Assembly (NCBI RefSeq): GCF_963921235.1
Contig: NC_086097.1
Coordinates: 127,040,001-127,104,000, forward strand
Direction of reading: 5' to 3'
Source of the DNA: Mobula hypostoma
Lineage: Eukaryota
DNA length: 64,000 nt
Numbering within the stretch: the first letter of the stretch is position 1; each line of letters begins with the position of its first letter. The translations under genes and the position numbers were made by a program. The notes under the pieces are model-generated. The model worked only from the letters and a program-made list of their open reading frames with translations. It searched no databases and was not told where the DNA came from. This document shows positions 1 to 13,619 of this stretch, piece after piece.

Positions 1-762
1 AATTGAGCTTTTCGACCATCAGACTAAACGCTATGTTTGGTGTAAGCCAAACACTGCAATTCATCAAAAACGCACCATCTCTATCGTGAAGCATGGTGGT
101 GGCTGTATCATGCTGTGGGGATGCTTCACTGCAGCAGGCTGTGGAAGGCTTGTGAAGATAGAGGGTAAAATGAATGCAACAAAATACAGGGAAATCCAAG
201 AGGAAAACCTGAAGCAGTCTACAAAAGAATTGTGACTTGGGAGAAGATTTGTTTTCCAGCAAGTCAATGAACCTAAGCATAAAGCCAAAGCTACACAGGA
301 ATAGCTTAAAAACAACAAAGTTAGTGTCCTGGAGTGGCCGAGTCCAGACCTCGATCCAATTGAGAATTTGAGGCTGGACTTGAAAGGAGCTGTTTATTCA
401 TGACCCCCATGCAATCTGACAGAGCTTGAGCAGTTTTGTGAAGAAGAATGGGGAAAAATTGCAGTGTCCAGATGTTTCAAAGCTGATTATAGACCTATCC
501 ACACAGACTCGAGGCTGTAATTTCTGCCAAAGGTACATCAACTAAATACTGACTTGAAGGGGGTGAATATTTATGCAATCAATTATTTTGTCTTTTATAT
601 TTGTAATTAATTTAGGTCATTTTGTAGAGATCTGTTTTCACTTTGACATGAAAGTCTTTTTCTGCTGATCATAAAAAGAACGGATTAAATCTACTATGAT
701 TCAGTGTTGTAAAATAATAAAACATGAAAACTTTCAAAGGGGTGAATACTTTTTATTGGCAC
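1..762 (+). mobile_element. Tc1-family DNA transposon remnant (3' part of transposase plus right IR/DR terminal repeat)
   Basis: Manual translation gives ...[14 protein letters not shown]...FQQVNEPKH...WPSPDLDPIENL..., with stops and frameshifts. The DR motif GGGGTGAATA occurs at about 559 and 739. Confidence 0.9.
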
Positions 763-2451
763 ATTATTTGAAGCTGTAATCCACTGGAGTAATTTACACC
801 TGGAGTAGATAAATCAGAGGTACAGCTCATGAATAAAATGCTTTGGAGTTGAAAGGACTCAAAGAATGGCTGAGAGAAATTGTTTCGCTGGCACTGGCAC
901 CTGAATAGGGAACAGAAGGAGTAGTTCTATTGGAATTGGCTTAATTTGAATTGGTGCCCTGCAAGTTGAATAACTAGGACTGAAGATGGTGTTTTAAATT
1001 GCATAGCAGGGAAAGGGTGTGAGCATTGAAGAGTAAATTGTGAAGGAATGACAACCCAGAGGAACAGAGCATTGGAGTGAAAAGCAAAAAGAACGTTAAA
1101 ATCATAAATGAAGGTGCTTTAGCAAGGTGAAATGATACAAGCATATATTTATTGGTGCATTATGATAGTCTTTGCAAACACGTGGTTGTTAGGAGAGCGA
1201 GGCTGAAAATTACATAGTGTGATTGGCTTTTAGAAGAGAGGGGTAAAATGCAAAAGGAGGTGGGTAACTAACCTTGATATCAAGAAATGAGATGAAAAGG
1301 ATCAAGAAGTACGGCCAGTTAGCTGAAGTGATGAATGGCAAAGTGCAGAAAGCACTTTTGGGAGTTGTCTATGGCCCCAAAAGCAGATAATTAAAAGCAC
1401 AAGTGACAAGGGGCCATTAATCCACACACACACAACACATCAAAGTAATTGTAAGTGTGAAACAGAAAATGATGAAGTATGTGAGAAATGACTTGCCAGG
1501 TCAGGTTGTTAAGGAGCCAATAGGGCAACACCGTGAGGCATCTAGCAGAGCTGCTGACTCAAATCTGGCAGCCCATGTTCAACCCCAACCACCTGTGCTG
1601 TCTCTATGGAGCTTGCTCTTCCACCATGACCAGGTGTTTTGGTTTCCTCCCACATCTGGAAGACATACTGGTTGATAGATTAATTTGTTCGTTATGTGCC
1701 GTGTCATGGTCTTTCCATGACCATGATAGTTTTCGGCATGACCATCCACCACCTGCTCCCATGGCTGCATGTGACCCTGATTGGTTGGGGGCTGGGGTTT
1801 AAGATGGTGCTACACCTTGCCCAAGGGTGACCTGCAGGCTAGCGGAGGGCAGGACCACCTTACACCTCCTTTAGTAGAGACGTATCTCCACCCCGCCGCC
1901 AGGTAGGCTAATTATCCATAGTAAATTACTCCTGGTGTGTAGATGAGTTGTAATATCTGGGAAGAAGAGTCAATGACAATGTGGGGAGAATAAAAACTAG
2001 GATTTATGCAAACAGTTAGTTAATGGTCAGTTCAAACAAGATGGGCCGAAGGGTCTGATTCCATACTGTATGACGTGACATTATTACAAGAAAACATAGT
2101 AATGTGAAAAGGCAAACTATTAATAACATTTGCAGTTAAGCAACCTTTGTAGAAGAATGATCTTGAATATAATAGAATTTAACATAAAGATTAAAAGTGA
2201 TTTAGTTCTTTCTATGTGAAGCCAATGTCCTATGAAGGTATGAGATTTGAGTTAGCTATGGTAGAGAGGGAAAGTACACAAAATGGTATGCCAGTGAAGA
2301 AGCAATGACTAAACAATACATAATTTGCAATAAGTGTATATCTCCTTAAGGGACGCCCCCCCAAAAAAAATACAAGAACATCACTCCATTCACCGTTGTC
2401 AAGAGAAATTAGGATACAGAAAAGATTTACAGTGATGTAAATGTAGAGGTT

Positions 2452-2665
2452 TGTCTGGCGGTGGTGTAGTGGCATCCGCACCGGACTTTGAGTTGAATGG
2501 TCCCGGGTTTGGATCCGGCCGGCTCCTTGCACGCTGTCCATCTGTTCAGGGTTGAGCGTTGAGCTAGCAACTCGGCCTCATAAAAAAACAAACAAAATTG
2601 CTAAAGGAAAGGCAAAGTTATCACCTGATGCGCCACAATGTGCAGAGAGGAACAACAGCAAAAAA
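2452..2665 (+). mobile_element. tRNA-derived SINE
   Basis: A-box-like TGGTGTAGTGG and B-box-like GGTTTGGATCC in a tRNA-like head, with an A-rich 3' end. Confidence 0.6.
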
Positions 2666-2759
2666 CCTAGGGACTGGGAATATCTTGGGATCCTGCAAAG
2701 GGAATGAAGGATATATTACAGCATTACCATCAAATCATGGATGAACCAGAATCTCCACT

Positions 2760-3243
2760 CCTTACAGAGATCTAGGAACTTCAGTATTCAAATCAGGTGA
2801 CCCTGACCTTTACAAGAAATTGAGTTATGACCTCTAAAGCTATTAGAGATGCTAAGATACATTTCCAATCCAAAACCAAGTCATGGCCATCATCTGTGGA
2901 AGGGCTAGTACAGGCTACAAAATGAAGTTGGACCGCATCGCTGTCTACAGCGCATTCCTTCCGGCGAGATTAATGTGTTCTATGCATGTTTTGAACAGCA
3001 GTATGTCACCAATCAGCCCGACAACCTCCAATGCACGTCAACCCATGCTCCCCGTTGAGGATGCAAGATCAGTCTTCCTGAGTGTGAATCTGCAGAAAAC
3101 ATTTGACCAGGATGGTGTCCCTGGCCATTTCCTTAGATCCTGCACTGAGCAGCTAGCAGGGATATTTGCAGGCATTTTATACCTCGCCCTGCTTCAATTT
3201 GAAGTTCCCACCTTCTTTAAGATGACTACCATCATCCTGGTAC
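2760..3243 (+). mobile_element. Degenerate Rex1/Babar-type LINE RT fragment
   Basis: ORF 2883-3485 contains DGVPGHFLRSCTEQLAGIF...EVPTFFKMTTII. It is homologous to the element at 54140-56720. Confidence 0.7.
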
Positions 3244-3408
3244 ACATGAGAGGCATTGACACAGTACACGCTCAGTATCTTTATCCAAGGGTTAAATTGT
3301 ACCATACTGTAAGGAAAACATTTAAGTTGAGAGGGCAATGTTCAAAGGAGATGTGCAGGGAAGTTTTTTTATATAGGAATGTGCTGCCAGTGATGATGGT
3401 AATTGCAA

Positions 3409-6400
3409 ATATCACAAGATCACAAGACAAAGGAGCAGAAGTAGGCCATTCGGCCCATCGAGTTTGCTCTGCAGCTCGCCCATGAGCTAAAATATTCACC
3501 CATCTAGTTCCAATTTCTGGCTTTTTCCCCATATCTCTTGATATCCTGACTAATTAGATACCTGTCAATCTCCTCCTTAAACACCCTCATTGGTTGGGCC
3601 TCCACAGCTGCATGTGGCAACGAATTCCACAAATCCACGACCCTCTGGCTAAAAAAATTTCTCCTCATCTCTGTTTTAACTGGGTACCCTCTAATTCTAA
3701 GACTATGGCCTCTTGTACTGGACTCACCCACCAAGGGAAACAACCTTTCCACATCTACTCTGTACAACCCTTTCAACATTTGAAATGTTTCTATGAGATC
3801 CCCTCTCATTCTTCTATAATCTAATGAATACAGTCCAAGAGCCGACAAACACTCCTCATATATTAGCCCCTGCATTCCAGGAATCATCCTTGTAAATCTT
3901 CTCTGAACTCTCTCCAACATCAGTACATCCTTTCTAAGAAAGGGGGCCCAAAACTGCACACAGTATTCCAAATGAGGTCTCACTAATGCCCCATACAGCC
4001 TCATCAACACCTCCTTACTCTTATACACTATTCCTCTTGAAATGAATGCCAACATAGCATTCGCTTTCCTTACCGCCAATCCAACTTGGTGGTTAACCTT
4101 TAGGGTATCCTGCACGAGGACCCCCAAGTCCCTTTGCACTTCCGATTTTTGAATTTTCTCCCCATCTAAATAATAATCTGCCCCATTATTTCTTCTTCCG
4201 AAATGTACAACTGTACATTTGTGAACATTGTATCTCATCTGCCATTTCTTTGCCCACTCTCCTAAACTGACTAAGTCTCTCTGCAACCTTTTCGTTTCTT
4301 CAACATTTCCTGCTCCTCCACCTATCTTGGTGTCATCCGCAAACTTAGCCACAAAACCATATAATCCATAATCCAAATCATCGATATACATCGTAAAAAG
4401 AAGTGGCCCCAACCCCGACCCCTGCGGAACACCACAAGTAACCGGCAACCAATCAGAATAGGATCCCTTTATTCCCACCCTTTGCTTTCTGCCTATCAGC
4501 CAATGCTCCACCCATTCCAATATCTTTCCTGTAATTCCATGGGCTCTCATCTTAATAAGCAGCCTCATATGCGGCACCATATCGAAGGCCTTTTGAAAAT
4601 CCAAATACACAACATCCACAGCCTCTCCCTTGTCAATCTTATTCGAGATTACCTCAAAAAATTCCAATAGGTTGGTGAGGCAAGATCTTCCCTTCATGAA
4701 ACCATGCTGGCTTCGGCCTATCTTGTCATGCACCTCGAGGTATTTCATAACCTCGTCCTTGAGGATTGACTCCAATATCTTTCCAACCACCGATGTCAGA
4801 CTAATAGGTCTGTAATTTTCTTTTTCCGGCCTCCTTCCTTTCTTAAATAGCGGAACTATATTTGCGACCTTCCAGTCCTCCAGAACCATGCCAGAGTCTA
4901 TTGATTCCTGGAAGATCATTTCCAATGCTTCCACAATCTCCAAAGCCACCCCCTTAAGAGCACTTGGGTGCACCTCATCCGGACCGGGAGACTTATCTAT
5001 TCTTAGTCCACTTAGCTTCCCAAGCACTTTCTCTCTAGTAATCTTGACTGTACCTAATTCTATTCCCTGATACCTCTGGCTATCAGGTATATTGCTCATG
5101 TCTTCCACTGTGAAGACTGATGCAAAATACTCATTCAGTTCCTCCGCCATCTCTTTGTTATCCATTATAATTTCTCCAGCATCATTTTCAATCGGTCCCG
5201 TATCTACCCTTGTCACTCTTTTACTCTTCATATATTTAAAAAAAACTCTTAGTACCCTTCTTTATAGTAATCGCCAACTTCCTTTCATAATTCATCTTTT
5301 CTTTCGTAATGACTTTCTTAGTTTCCTTCTGTAAGTTTTTAAAAGTCTTCCAGTCCTCATTTTTCCCACTAATTTTTGCTTCCTTGTACGCTGTTTCTTT
5401 TGCTTTTATTTTTGCCTTAACCTCTCTCGTTAGCCACATTTGTGCCATTTTTCCATTCATGATTTTCTTTTTTCTTGGAATATTTTTCCTGCATGTTCCT
5501 TATTTCTTGTAGGAATTTCATTCCAATTCTGCTCTGCTGTCCCTTCATTTAGCTTACTTTTCCAATCGACTTGGGCCAGTTCCTCTCTCATACCACTGTA
5601 ATTTCCCCTGTTCCACTGAAATATTGATACACCTGATACCAGCTTCTCCTTTTCAAATTTGAAACTGAACTCAATCATATTATGATCACTACTTCCAAGG
5701 GATTCCTTTACCTCCAGCTCCCTAATTGCCTCAGGTTCGTTACACAGCACCCAATCCAAAACAGCTGGTCCCCTGGTGGGCTTCTGGACAAGCTGCTCCA
5801 AAAAGCCATCCTGTAGGCATTCTACAAACTCCCTCTCCTGAGATCCATTACCTTCCTGACTTTCCCAATCCACTTTCATATTAAAATTCCCCATAATTAT
5901 CTTGACATTTTCCTTCTGACACGCTTTTTCTATTTTCAGCTGCAACTTGTAGTCCACATCCCGGCTGCTGTTTGGAGGCCTGTATATAACTGCTATTAGT
6001 GTCTTTTTACCCTTGCCATTTCTTAATTCTACCCATAAGGATTCTACCTCTTCTGATGCTATGTCCCTTCTTTCTATTGATTTGATATTGTTACTTACCA
6101 TCAGGGCCACGCCACCCCCTTTACCTACCTTCCTATCTTTCCTATACACTGTGTATCCTTGGATATTCAGCTCCCAATCACATCCATCATTTAGCCATGG
6201 CTCGGTGATGGCCACAATGTCATATCTTTTAACCTGCAGCTGTGGAGCAAGGTCAACCACTTTATTTCTAATGCTGCATGCATTTAAGTACAGTACATTT
6301 AGATCAGTATCTGTTGCCAATTTTGCTATATTTCTATTTTGCAGCAAATTATCCTGTATATTCACCGGCCTGTCCTTCTTGCCACCTTTGCTGCACAGTA

Positions 6401-6530
6401 TTTTTGACTTATTTCTATTTTCCTCTTCCTCGACCCTAACACCTTGGTTTCCTTCCCCTTGCCAACTTAGTTTAAACCCTCCCTGACAGCTATATTAAAC
6501 AATCCCGCCAGGATATTAGTACCTTTTGAG
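3409..6530 (-). mobile_element. CR1 LINE, 5'-truncated: end of ORF1 plus near-complete ORF2 (APE endonuclease + RT)
   Basis: ORF 5457-6365 is the endonuclease (NACSIRNK, ITEPWL, SSDHNMI). ORF 5236-5460 is a linker. ORF 3504-5231 is the RT (YLDFQKAFD, GVPQGS, KFADDTK). ORF1 ends ...VREGLN* near 6468. An (ATCACAAG)n tail lies at about 3410. Confidence 0.97.
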
Positions 6531-6844
6531 GATATGATAGAAGATTTTGAGAGAAAGGCACATGGGTGTGTAGAGAATGGAGCGACTTGTGTAATTATTT
6601 CTGCACAGCCATCCTGGGCTGAGGAGCCTATTCTTGTGTTGTACTGCTCTGTGTTCTACTACAGCAGCTTGAAGTTCATTGCCAAAGATACCTTTTCTGA
6701 GGTATTAAGCCGAAACATTTGGTATTTTAATGTGTTCACATGGGTGTGCATTTTGTTTATCACAACTGCAAAACACCATGTTTCCACTGGGGTCCGTTGT
6801 GCAAGTTTCAGTAATACTGGCAGCATATACACCATTTGGAGAGG

Positions 6845-7745
6845 ACAGAAGGCTATGGAAGAAAGAAAAGGGGGAGAGGAGTACCAGAGGGAGGCGATGG
6901 GCAGGCAAGGAGATAAGGTGAGAGAGGGAAAAGGGAATGGGGGTGGGGGGCATTACTGGAAATTCGAGAAATTGATGTTCATGCCACCAGATTGGAGGCT
7001 ACCCAAATGGAATATAAGGTGTTGCTCCTCCAACCCGAGTGTGGCCTCATTGCAACAGTCGAGGGGGTCATGGTTTGACATATCAGAATGGGAATGGGAA
7101 GCAGAATTAAAATGGTTGGCCACTGGGAGATCCCGTTTCTTTTGGTGGATGGAGTGTAGGTGCTCGGCGAAACAGTCTCCCAACATACATCAGGACTCGC
7201 CAATATAGAGGAGGCCACACCAGGTGCCCTGGACACAGTATATGACCCCAACAGACTCACAGGTGAAGTGTCGCCTCACCTGGAAGGACTGTTTGGGATC
7301 TGAATGGCAGTGAGGGAGGAGGTGTAGGGGCAGGTGTAGCACTTGTTCCACTTGCAAGGGTAAGTGCCAGGAGGGAGATCAGTGAGGAGGGATGAATGGA
7401 CAAGGGATTACTTACGGACTGATCCCTGTTTAAAGCAGGAAGTGTGTGGGGGGCGGGGGGTGGTATATGTGTTTGATTATGGAATCCCTTTGGAGATTGC
7501 AGAAGTTCCAGGGAATTATGTGCTGGTTGCGGAGGCTGATACCCTCAACTGCATCTCTTCCATTTCACACGCATCTGCTCTTACCCATCCTCTCGCCACC
7601 CTAACAGGGATAGGGTTCCTGTTGTCCTCATCTACCACCCCACCAGCCTCTGCGTCCAGCCCGAAACATCAACTGTACTTTTTTTTTCCATAGATGCTTC
7701 CCAGCCTGCTGAGTTCCTCCTGCAGTTTGTATGTGTTACTTGGGC
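6845..7745 (-). mobile_element. Penelope-like element fragment (GIY-YIG endonuclease C-terminus) with an inverted 5' piece
   Basis: ORF 6953-7186 reads FAEHLHSI...PVANHFNS...LEEQHLIFHLGSLQSGGMN, the typical Penelope-like GIY-YIG end. About 7530-7745 is in the opposite orientation. Confidence 0.85.
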
Positions 7746-8281
7746 ATTTTTATCTTTTTTGCTCTAAATCTTCTTGCATTTTCACTTAATGCTGAAATGT
7801 ACCTCTCCTCTGTAAAGCACAGTATGAATTAAAAGGCAAAGTATTTTGTGTAAGTAATTTTACAATAATTTTAATTTATCTCTTGTATTACTGTATAAAT
7901 TGCTTTTAAGTTCCTTTTCTTTGTTTTTCTACAAAGAACATTTTCATAGGAACAACTCTTTGCTTTCTCTACTGACATAATGAATACAAAGAACATCTGT
8001 TATCTCTTTTTCTGAATAGCACCCCTTCTGCTTTTAATTTTGCATATTATTTTCTTGAATTATGTTGTGCCAGTAATTACGTATGGATATAGCTTGAAAT
8101 TGTAGGTTATTAGTACCATATGAGAAATCATTTTCAATTTGTCATTATGAATTGAAACAATGAAATAGCTCTGGAAGAAGTCTTATCAATTTCATAATTA
8201 AATATGTATTTTATTAAACCAGCTTATTTCAATTACCATCGACGTTCAAAGTTGTACTAGAAGTATAAATTCAGGGTCATA

Positions 8282-9125
8282 CAGTGGCATGCAAAAGTTT
8301 GGGCGCCCCTGGTCAAAATTTCTGTTACTGTGAATAGCTAAACAAGTAAAAGATGAACTGATTTCCAAGAGGCAGAAAGTTAAAGATGATGCATTTCTTT
8401 AATATTTTAAGCAAGAAAACTTTTTTATTTCCATCTTTTACAGTTTTAAAATAACCAAAAAGGGAAAGAGCCTAAAGCAAAAGTTTGGGCACCCTGCATG
8501 GTCACTAGTTAGCAACACCCCCTTTGGCAAGTATCACAGCTTGTAAACGCTTTTTGTAGCCAGCTAAGAGTCTTTCAATTCTTGTTTGGGGGATTTTTGC
8601 CCATTCTTCCATGCAAAAGGCTTCTAGTTCTGTGAGATTCTTGGGCCGTCTTGCATGCACTGCTCTTTTGAGGTCTATCCACAGATTCTCAATGATGTTT
8701 AGGTCGGGGGACTGTGAGGGCCATGGCAAAACCTTCAGCTTGCACCTCTTGAGGTAGTCCAGTGTGGATTTTGAGGTGTGTTTAGGTTCATTATCCTGTT
8801 GTAGAAGCCATCCTCTTTTCATCTTTGTCTTTTTTTTACAGACAGTGTGATGTTTGCTTCCAGAATTTGCTGGTTTTTAATTGAATTCATTCTTCCCTCT
8901 ACCAGTGAAATGTTCCCCGTGCCACTGGCTGCAACACAAGCCCAAAGCATGATTGATCCACCCCTGTGCTTAACAGTTGGGGAGGTGTTCTTTTCAGGAA
9001 ATTCTGCACCCTTTTTTCTCTGAACATACCTTTGCTCATTGCGGCCATAAAGTTCTATTTTAACTTCATCATTCCCCAGGACTTGTTTCCAAAATGCATC
9101 AGGCTTGTTTAGATGTTCCTTTGAA
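8282..9125 (-). mobile_element. Tc1-family transposon, truncated
   Basis: TA|CAGTGGCATGCAAAAGTTTGGGC terminal repeat with an inner DR at about 8477. ORF 8505-8822 reads QQDNEPKH...WPSQSPDLNIIENLW...RLQAVILAKGG. Confidence 0.93.
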
Positions 9126-9129
9126 CCTT

Positions 9130-10534
9130 TTAAATAGAAGCCAAGCTCCTCCCCCGGAACTGCATTCTTGCCGGCTTTGCTTAAACGCGCCTGTGAGCAG
9201 CCGTTAGCAAGATGAGTTCCAAGGTATCAGAAAAGCCTAAAAGAGCTCGTAAGGGTGTTACACTTCGCGTAAAACTAGACATAATTAAGCGTTTCGATCG
9301 TGGTGAACGAAGCAAGGACAAAGTGAGTTTGGCTTGTGGAAGTTGACGAAGATGATGTTGAAGACGTTTTGGCATCCCATGACCAAGAACTGATAGATGA
9401 AGAGCTGATGCAATTGGAAGAGGAAAGGACAACAAACGAAACCGAATGCAGTAGTCAGCGGACCGAAAGTGAAGTCATCCAGGAACTGAACGTGAAGCAA
9501 CTGCGTGAGATTTTGGCTGCAATAATTGCAGAAAAGTACGACTTTAATTTTGAACAGGTACGTAGGTTTAGGGCATATTTGCAAGATGGTTTGAGTGCTT
9601 ACAAAGAACTGTATGATAGAAAAATGCATGAGGCTAAGCAGTCAAGCATACTGTTGTTTTTCAAGCCTTCCACACCAGCCACACAAACGACGAACCTCGA
9701 CCTTCGACATCAATGCAGGCAGACATAGAAGAAGATGACCTGCCTGCCCTGATGGAAACGGATGACGATGAGATGACACCCCAGTGTCCCACCACCCCAA
9801 CCCATGGGCCGCGGACTGATACATTGCCGCAGAGAATGCAGCGGTAGCCGGGACGCACCCAGCACATCTTTAAGAAAAAAGCCGAAATAAACAAGCTAAT
9901 TAACTAGGTGCTGCCCGGCACGTAATTAATTAACTTGTTTATTTCGGCTTTTTTTCTTAAAGATGTGCTGGGTGCGTCCCGGCTACCGCTGCATTCTCCG
10001 CAGATCAGTATCGGTTCACTGCCTGGAGGTTAGGGACCACTGCACCAACCCAACCTCCGACGACTCAGTCTAACACACCATCATTAGTGTGCTTGGCGCT
10101 GTCTTCCCAATTCCGGTAAGTGATAATACACTGTACATACATTATTTCTACTTTATATAAGCTGTGTATTTTATGTGTTATTTGGTATGATTTGGAGCTT
10201 CATAGCTTAAGGGTTACTGAAGAGAGTGTTTCTGCCAAGAGCGCTTGCGTGAGATTTTCGCTATGGAGAACAGTGCGGTAATGATTGTAAAAAAGTATTT
10301 CCAATTTGTATAGGCTGTGTATTTATCATATCATTCCTGCTTTTACTACATGCTACTGTTATTTTAGGTTTTATGTGTTATTTGGTATGATTTGGTTAGT
10401 TATTTTTTGAGTCTGCTAACGCTCATAAATTTTTCCCATATAAGTAAATGGTAATTGCTTCTTCACTTTACGACATTCCGGCTTACGAACCATTTCATAG
10501 GAACGCTCTACCTTCGGATGGCGGGGGAAACCTG
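9130..10534 (+). mobile_element. Internally deleted Tigger/pogo DNA transposon
   Basis: ATG at 9212 gives MSSKVSEKPKRARKGVTLRVKLDIIKRFDRGERSKD (Tigger N-terminal HTH). This joins directly to the acidic C-terminus in ORF 9336-9728 (DVEDVLASHDQELIDEELMQLE). The element ends ...GGGGGAAACCTG|TA. Confidence 0.85.
9832..9998. repeat. Near-perfect inverted repeat (about 72-bp arms, about 22-nt spacer)
   Basis: 9832-9903 is the reverse complement of 9926-9998, with one mismatch and one extra T. Confidence 0.95.
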
Positions 10535-10547
10535 TATTTGAAATCTA

Positions 10548-11042
10548 CAGTGGATTTTTTTAGTGAATTGAACACATCAGAACCAGTACCTTTTGCCCCA
10601 ATTAAGTGGCTGTCCTAATTGCCAAAGTTTCATGGATGTAATTAAAAAGTTATTTTAAAAAACTGATTAAAAAATGATGTATTTAAGTGAAATACAGAAC
10701 AAATTAGAACACTACCAATACTACTACAGTATGATAGAACTGTGTATTAGTTCCGAATAGTTGTCAGTGGAGAATTTATTGAGTGTACACTGCCATATTC
10801 TTTGGATTGACTGTAAATGAACAAAGTCAGTGCAGATATCTTGTGTAGATAATGGACAATCTTCATACAATGCTTTCAACAATTACATTAGCTAATTCTT
10901 CATTTTCATTGTAAGCTGCAAGATGATTGTTGATACCTTCAAATTTTTCGTAGTTCCTAACTTACTGAAGTAATGAACTCATTCTTTTTCACTGCCTGCT
11001 GTTCCTGGCACCTCTGATGACCCAATTTACCAAAATCCACTG
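10548..11042 (-). mobile_element. Non-autonomous TA-flanked DNA transposon (Tc1/mariner-pogo MITE)
   Basis: Termini are TA|CAGTGGATT...AATCCACTG|TA. The interior is homologous, in reverse orientation, to 61636-62662. Confidence 0.75.
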
Positions 11043-13619
11043 TATTTGTTTAAATGTCCTGACTATCAGAGATATTTGTACAAAGTTGTAAAGTTCTGTA
11101 TAAAAGAAAATGTCTTGACTATCCAAGGACATGTGCTGAAGACAGGGTATCCAAGGCCTGTTCAGTGCTCAGGCCTCTGCACTTCATGGGGCAGCTGATG
11201 GATGCAGAGGTATTAGTTTAACACACAGGAAATGGGGATTACAGGGAGGAGATCCTGGCAGTAGACTTGGGGCTGAGATTGTTTAGTGTCTCGGGGCCTG
11301 GACTCCATAAGGATGGGCTTCAGCAGGATGAGAGGGGGATATCATTAAACCTACTGGATCCTGAAAGACGTGGATTGAGTGGACATGGAGAGGGTGTTTC
11401 CATTAACAGGAGAGTTTAGGTTCACTTTGAAACAAATAAAGAGGAATTTCTGCAGCCAGAAGGTGCTAAATCTGTAATTTGGAGGTCAAGGAGGTCAAAT
11501 TATTGGGCATATTTAAGGTAGATATTGATAGGTTCGGGGATAAAGGTGAGAAGGTGAGAGAGTGGGATTTTAAAAGATCAGCCATGATTAAATGCCAGAA
11601 CAAATTTGGTGAGCTGAATGGCTTAGTTCTGCTCTGACTTTGTGTGGTTTTACAGATGATTTCAAAGGCACTAGAAATGGGGTCACATACACGGGCCAGG
11701 ATTAACCCTACCTCTAATGCAACAGCTACAACCACAGACAAATCCTCTCCCTCAGCACTGGCAGCTGTCAAAATCCTTCAATAGAAGTTGATGAGACAAA
11801 CACAGATAATGCTGAGGACCCCCAGCAGGCCAGGCAGCATCTGTGTGGAAAGGGAAGCAGACACTGGTTGAAGTTCCTTCATTTCTGACAAAGGATCCAT
11901 GACTTGTGATAATTGCTTCTCTCTCCAAGGGCCATTCAATGTCTCTGAGCCCCTGAGATGTTTAGAAGTGTACAACAGGTATTAATATCTATTATTGTTT
12001 ATTTTAAGAAATTGGTTTCCAAAAAACGTTTGAAATAATTGGTTAAAAATTACGCTAGATTTATTTTTTTTTAAAAAAACTACTTAATCCCTCTTGTTCT
12101 TCTTCACAAAATTAAATCTCAATGAATCAGTGAACAGATGGATGATGCAGCAGGTCTAGCCTGATGCACGATTTGTGAGCAGATTCCTCAGCCTAAGTGC
12201 TGGGCTCCCTCATCAGATTCACCCTCAGCTGCTGGGCTCTTGTGTGTAGCTGTGAAGCCTCAGGAGCAAGGACCCGTAAACATGTTTAGCTGCATGAGTG
12301 CCAAGTTTCCAAGCACTTTTGTTCATATTTGCCAGCAATTCACCGCAGAACGTGAAACTATCAACAGATACTGGCCTTCCATATGTGGTTTTTTTACAGA
12401 GAGTATCACTAACTGCTTTACATATGTGGCTCTCATTCAATGCTGTATGTTTTCATCCAGTTGACCTTTGACTTTATGGGGGCCTCCTATAACACAACAT
12501 GTCATTTGTTTGAAGGAAAATGTTAAAGGTGGGAGAGAATGGGACAATTACCATAACATTTTGCACAATAAACTTTATTATTTCAGAAAAGTCAGAGGTT
12601 TGATACTGAAGTTCAATGCCAAAGCATCAGAAGCACTGTGTTGCCAGATCAAACAATGCCAGTCACTAATTAGAAGTCACCAGTCAGCTCTTAAACATTT
12701 TACCATGAAATTCATGATTTTAGTAACCTTCCAAACATTTCTAATAGACAAAACAAATGAATGAACCTTTCTATGGAACCTGGTCAAAAAAAACGTGATA
12801 CTGCTATTCCTTTTATTTTAAGAGCCTCCTACTCATGTTAAATTGCAGAAGGTGGGTTTGCTAGTTTAAAGTTCAGGGTTCTTGCAGTGTCCTGGAGTGG
12901 GACCATCTCACCCCTTCCAAGGGTCAGTAAATGGTTGTCTTGTAGCATGCCAATAATTATTTTATTCGTGGAAGCTCCATGGAAAACTGAGCCCAAGCTC
13001 TGAGGCTTGTACACAGGGAAATCCCGTTGCCGTAAGTGCAGAGGGAAATGGGTGAGACCAGAGAGTGGCGAGGGATAGGGGCTCCAAGATCAGATCGAGG
13101 GGATTCGTGTCCGAGCAATGGGGATGGGGGTGATGGTGATTTTTCATCCCATTGTGAGCTGAAGTTTGTTGTAGCACAGAAGGGACTAGAAGAGAACTGA
13201 CCAGCAAAAAGGGGAATATAACTGAGCTGGGGTCCCAGTGATATAGTGCTATCCACTGATACAGATGTGCAGTGTTGCAGCATACACAGAATCAGATGTG
13301 CCCCACAGTGTTTTGTGGTGGTAGAGTTGTGAACTGTTTTTTGGCCATCGCAGAGGCATACTTTTCTGCAATTCTACTTGAAACATTTTAATATTCAGTT
13401 GACCATATATGCCATTTTACTGAACTGTAGACCTTTCTCTAGTAATTGTGAGTAGCAGTTTTAGAAGGCTCACAGCCCAGAATTTCAAAGTCAACATTGA
13501 GTTTATTGTTTCGTGTATGAAAGACTTATTACAACATATAAGCTGCATTCATAAAACGCAAACAAATTGTACACAGTTTTGACAAGAAAACACAACACAA
13601 ATAAGTCCATTTTGAAATA

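Noticed and set aside
2452..2530. tRNA gene
   Set aside because: Degenerate cloverleaf continuing into a SINE body, so it is a SINE head.
3594..6486. Several + strand ORFs overlapping the CR1
   Set aside because: Antisense shadows of the LINE ORF2.
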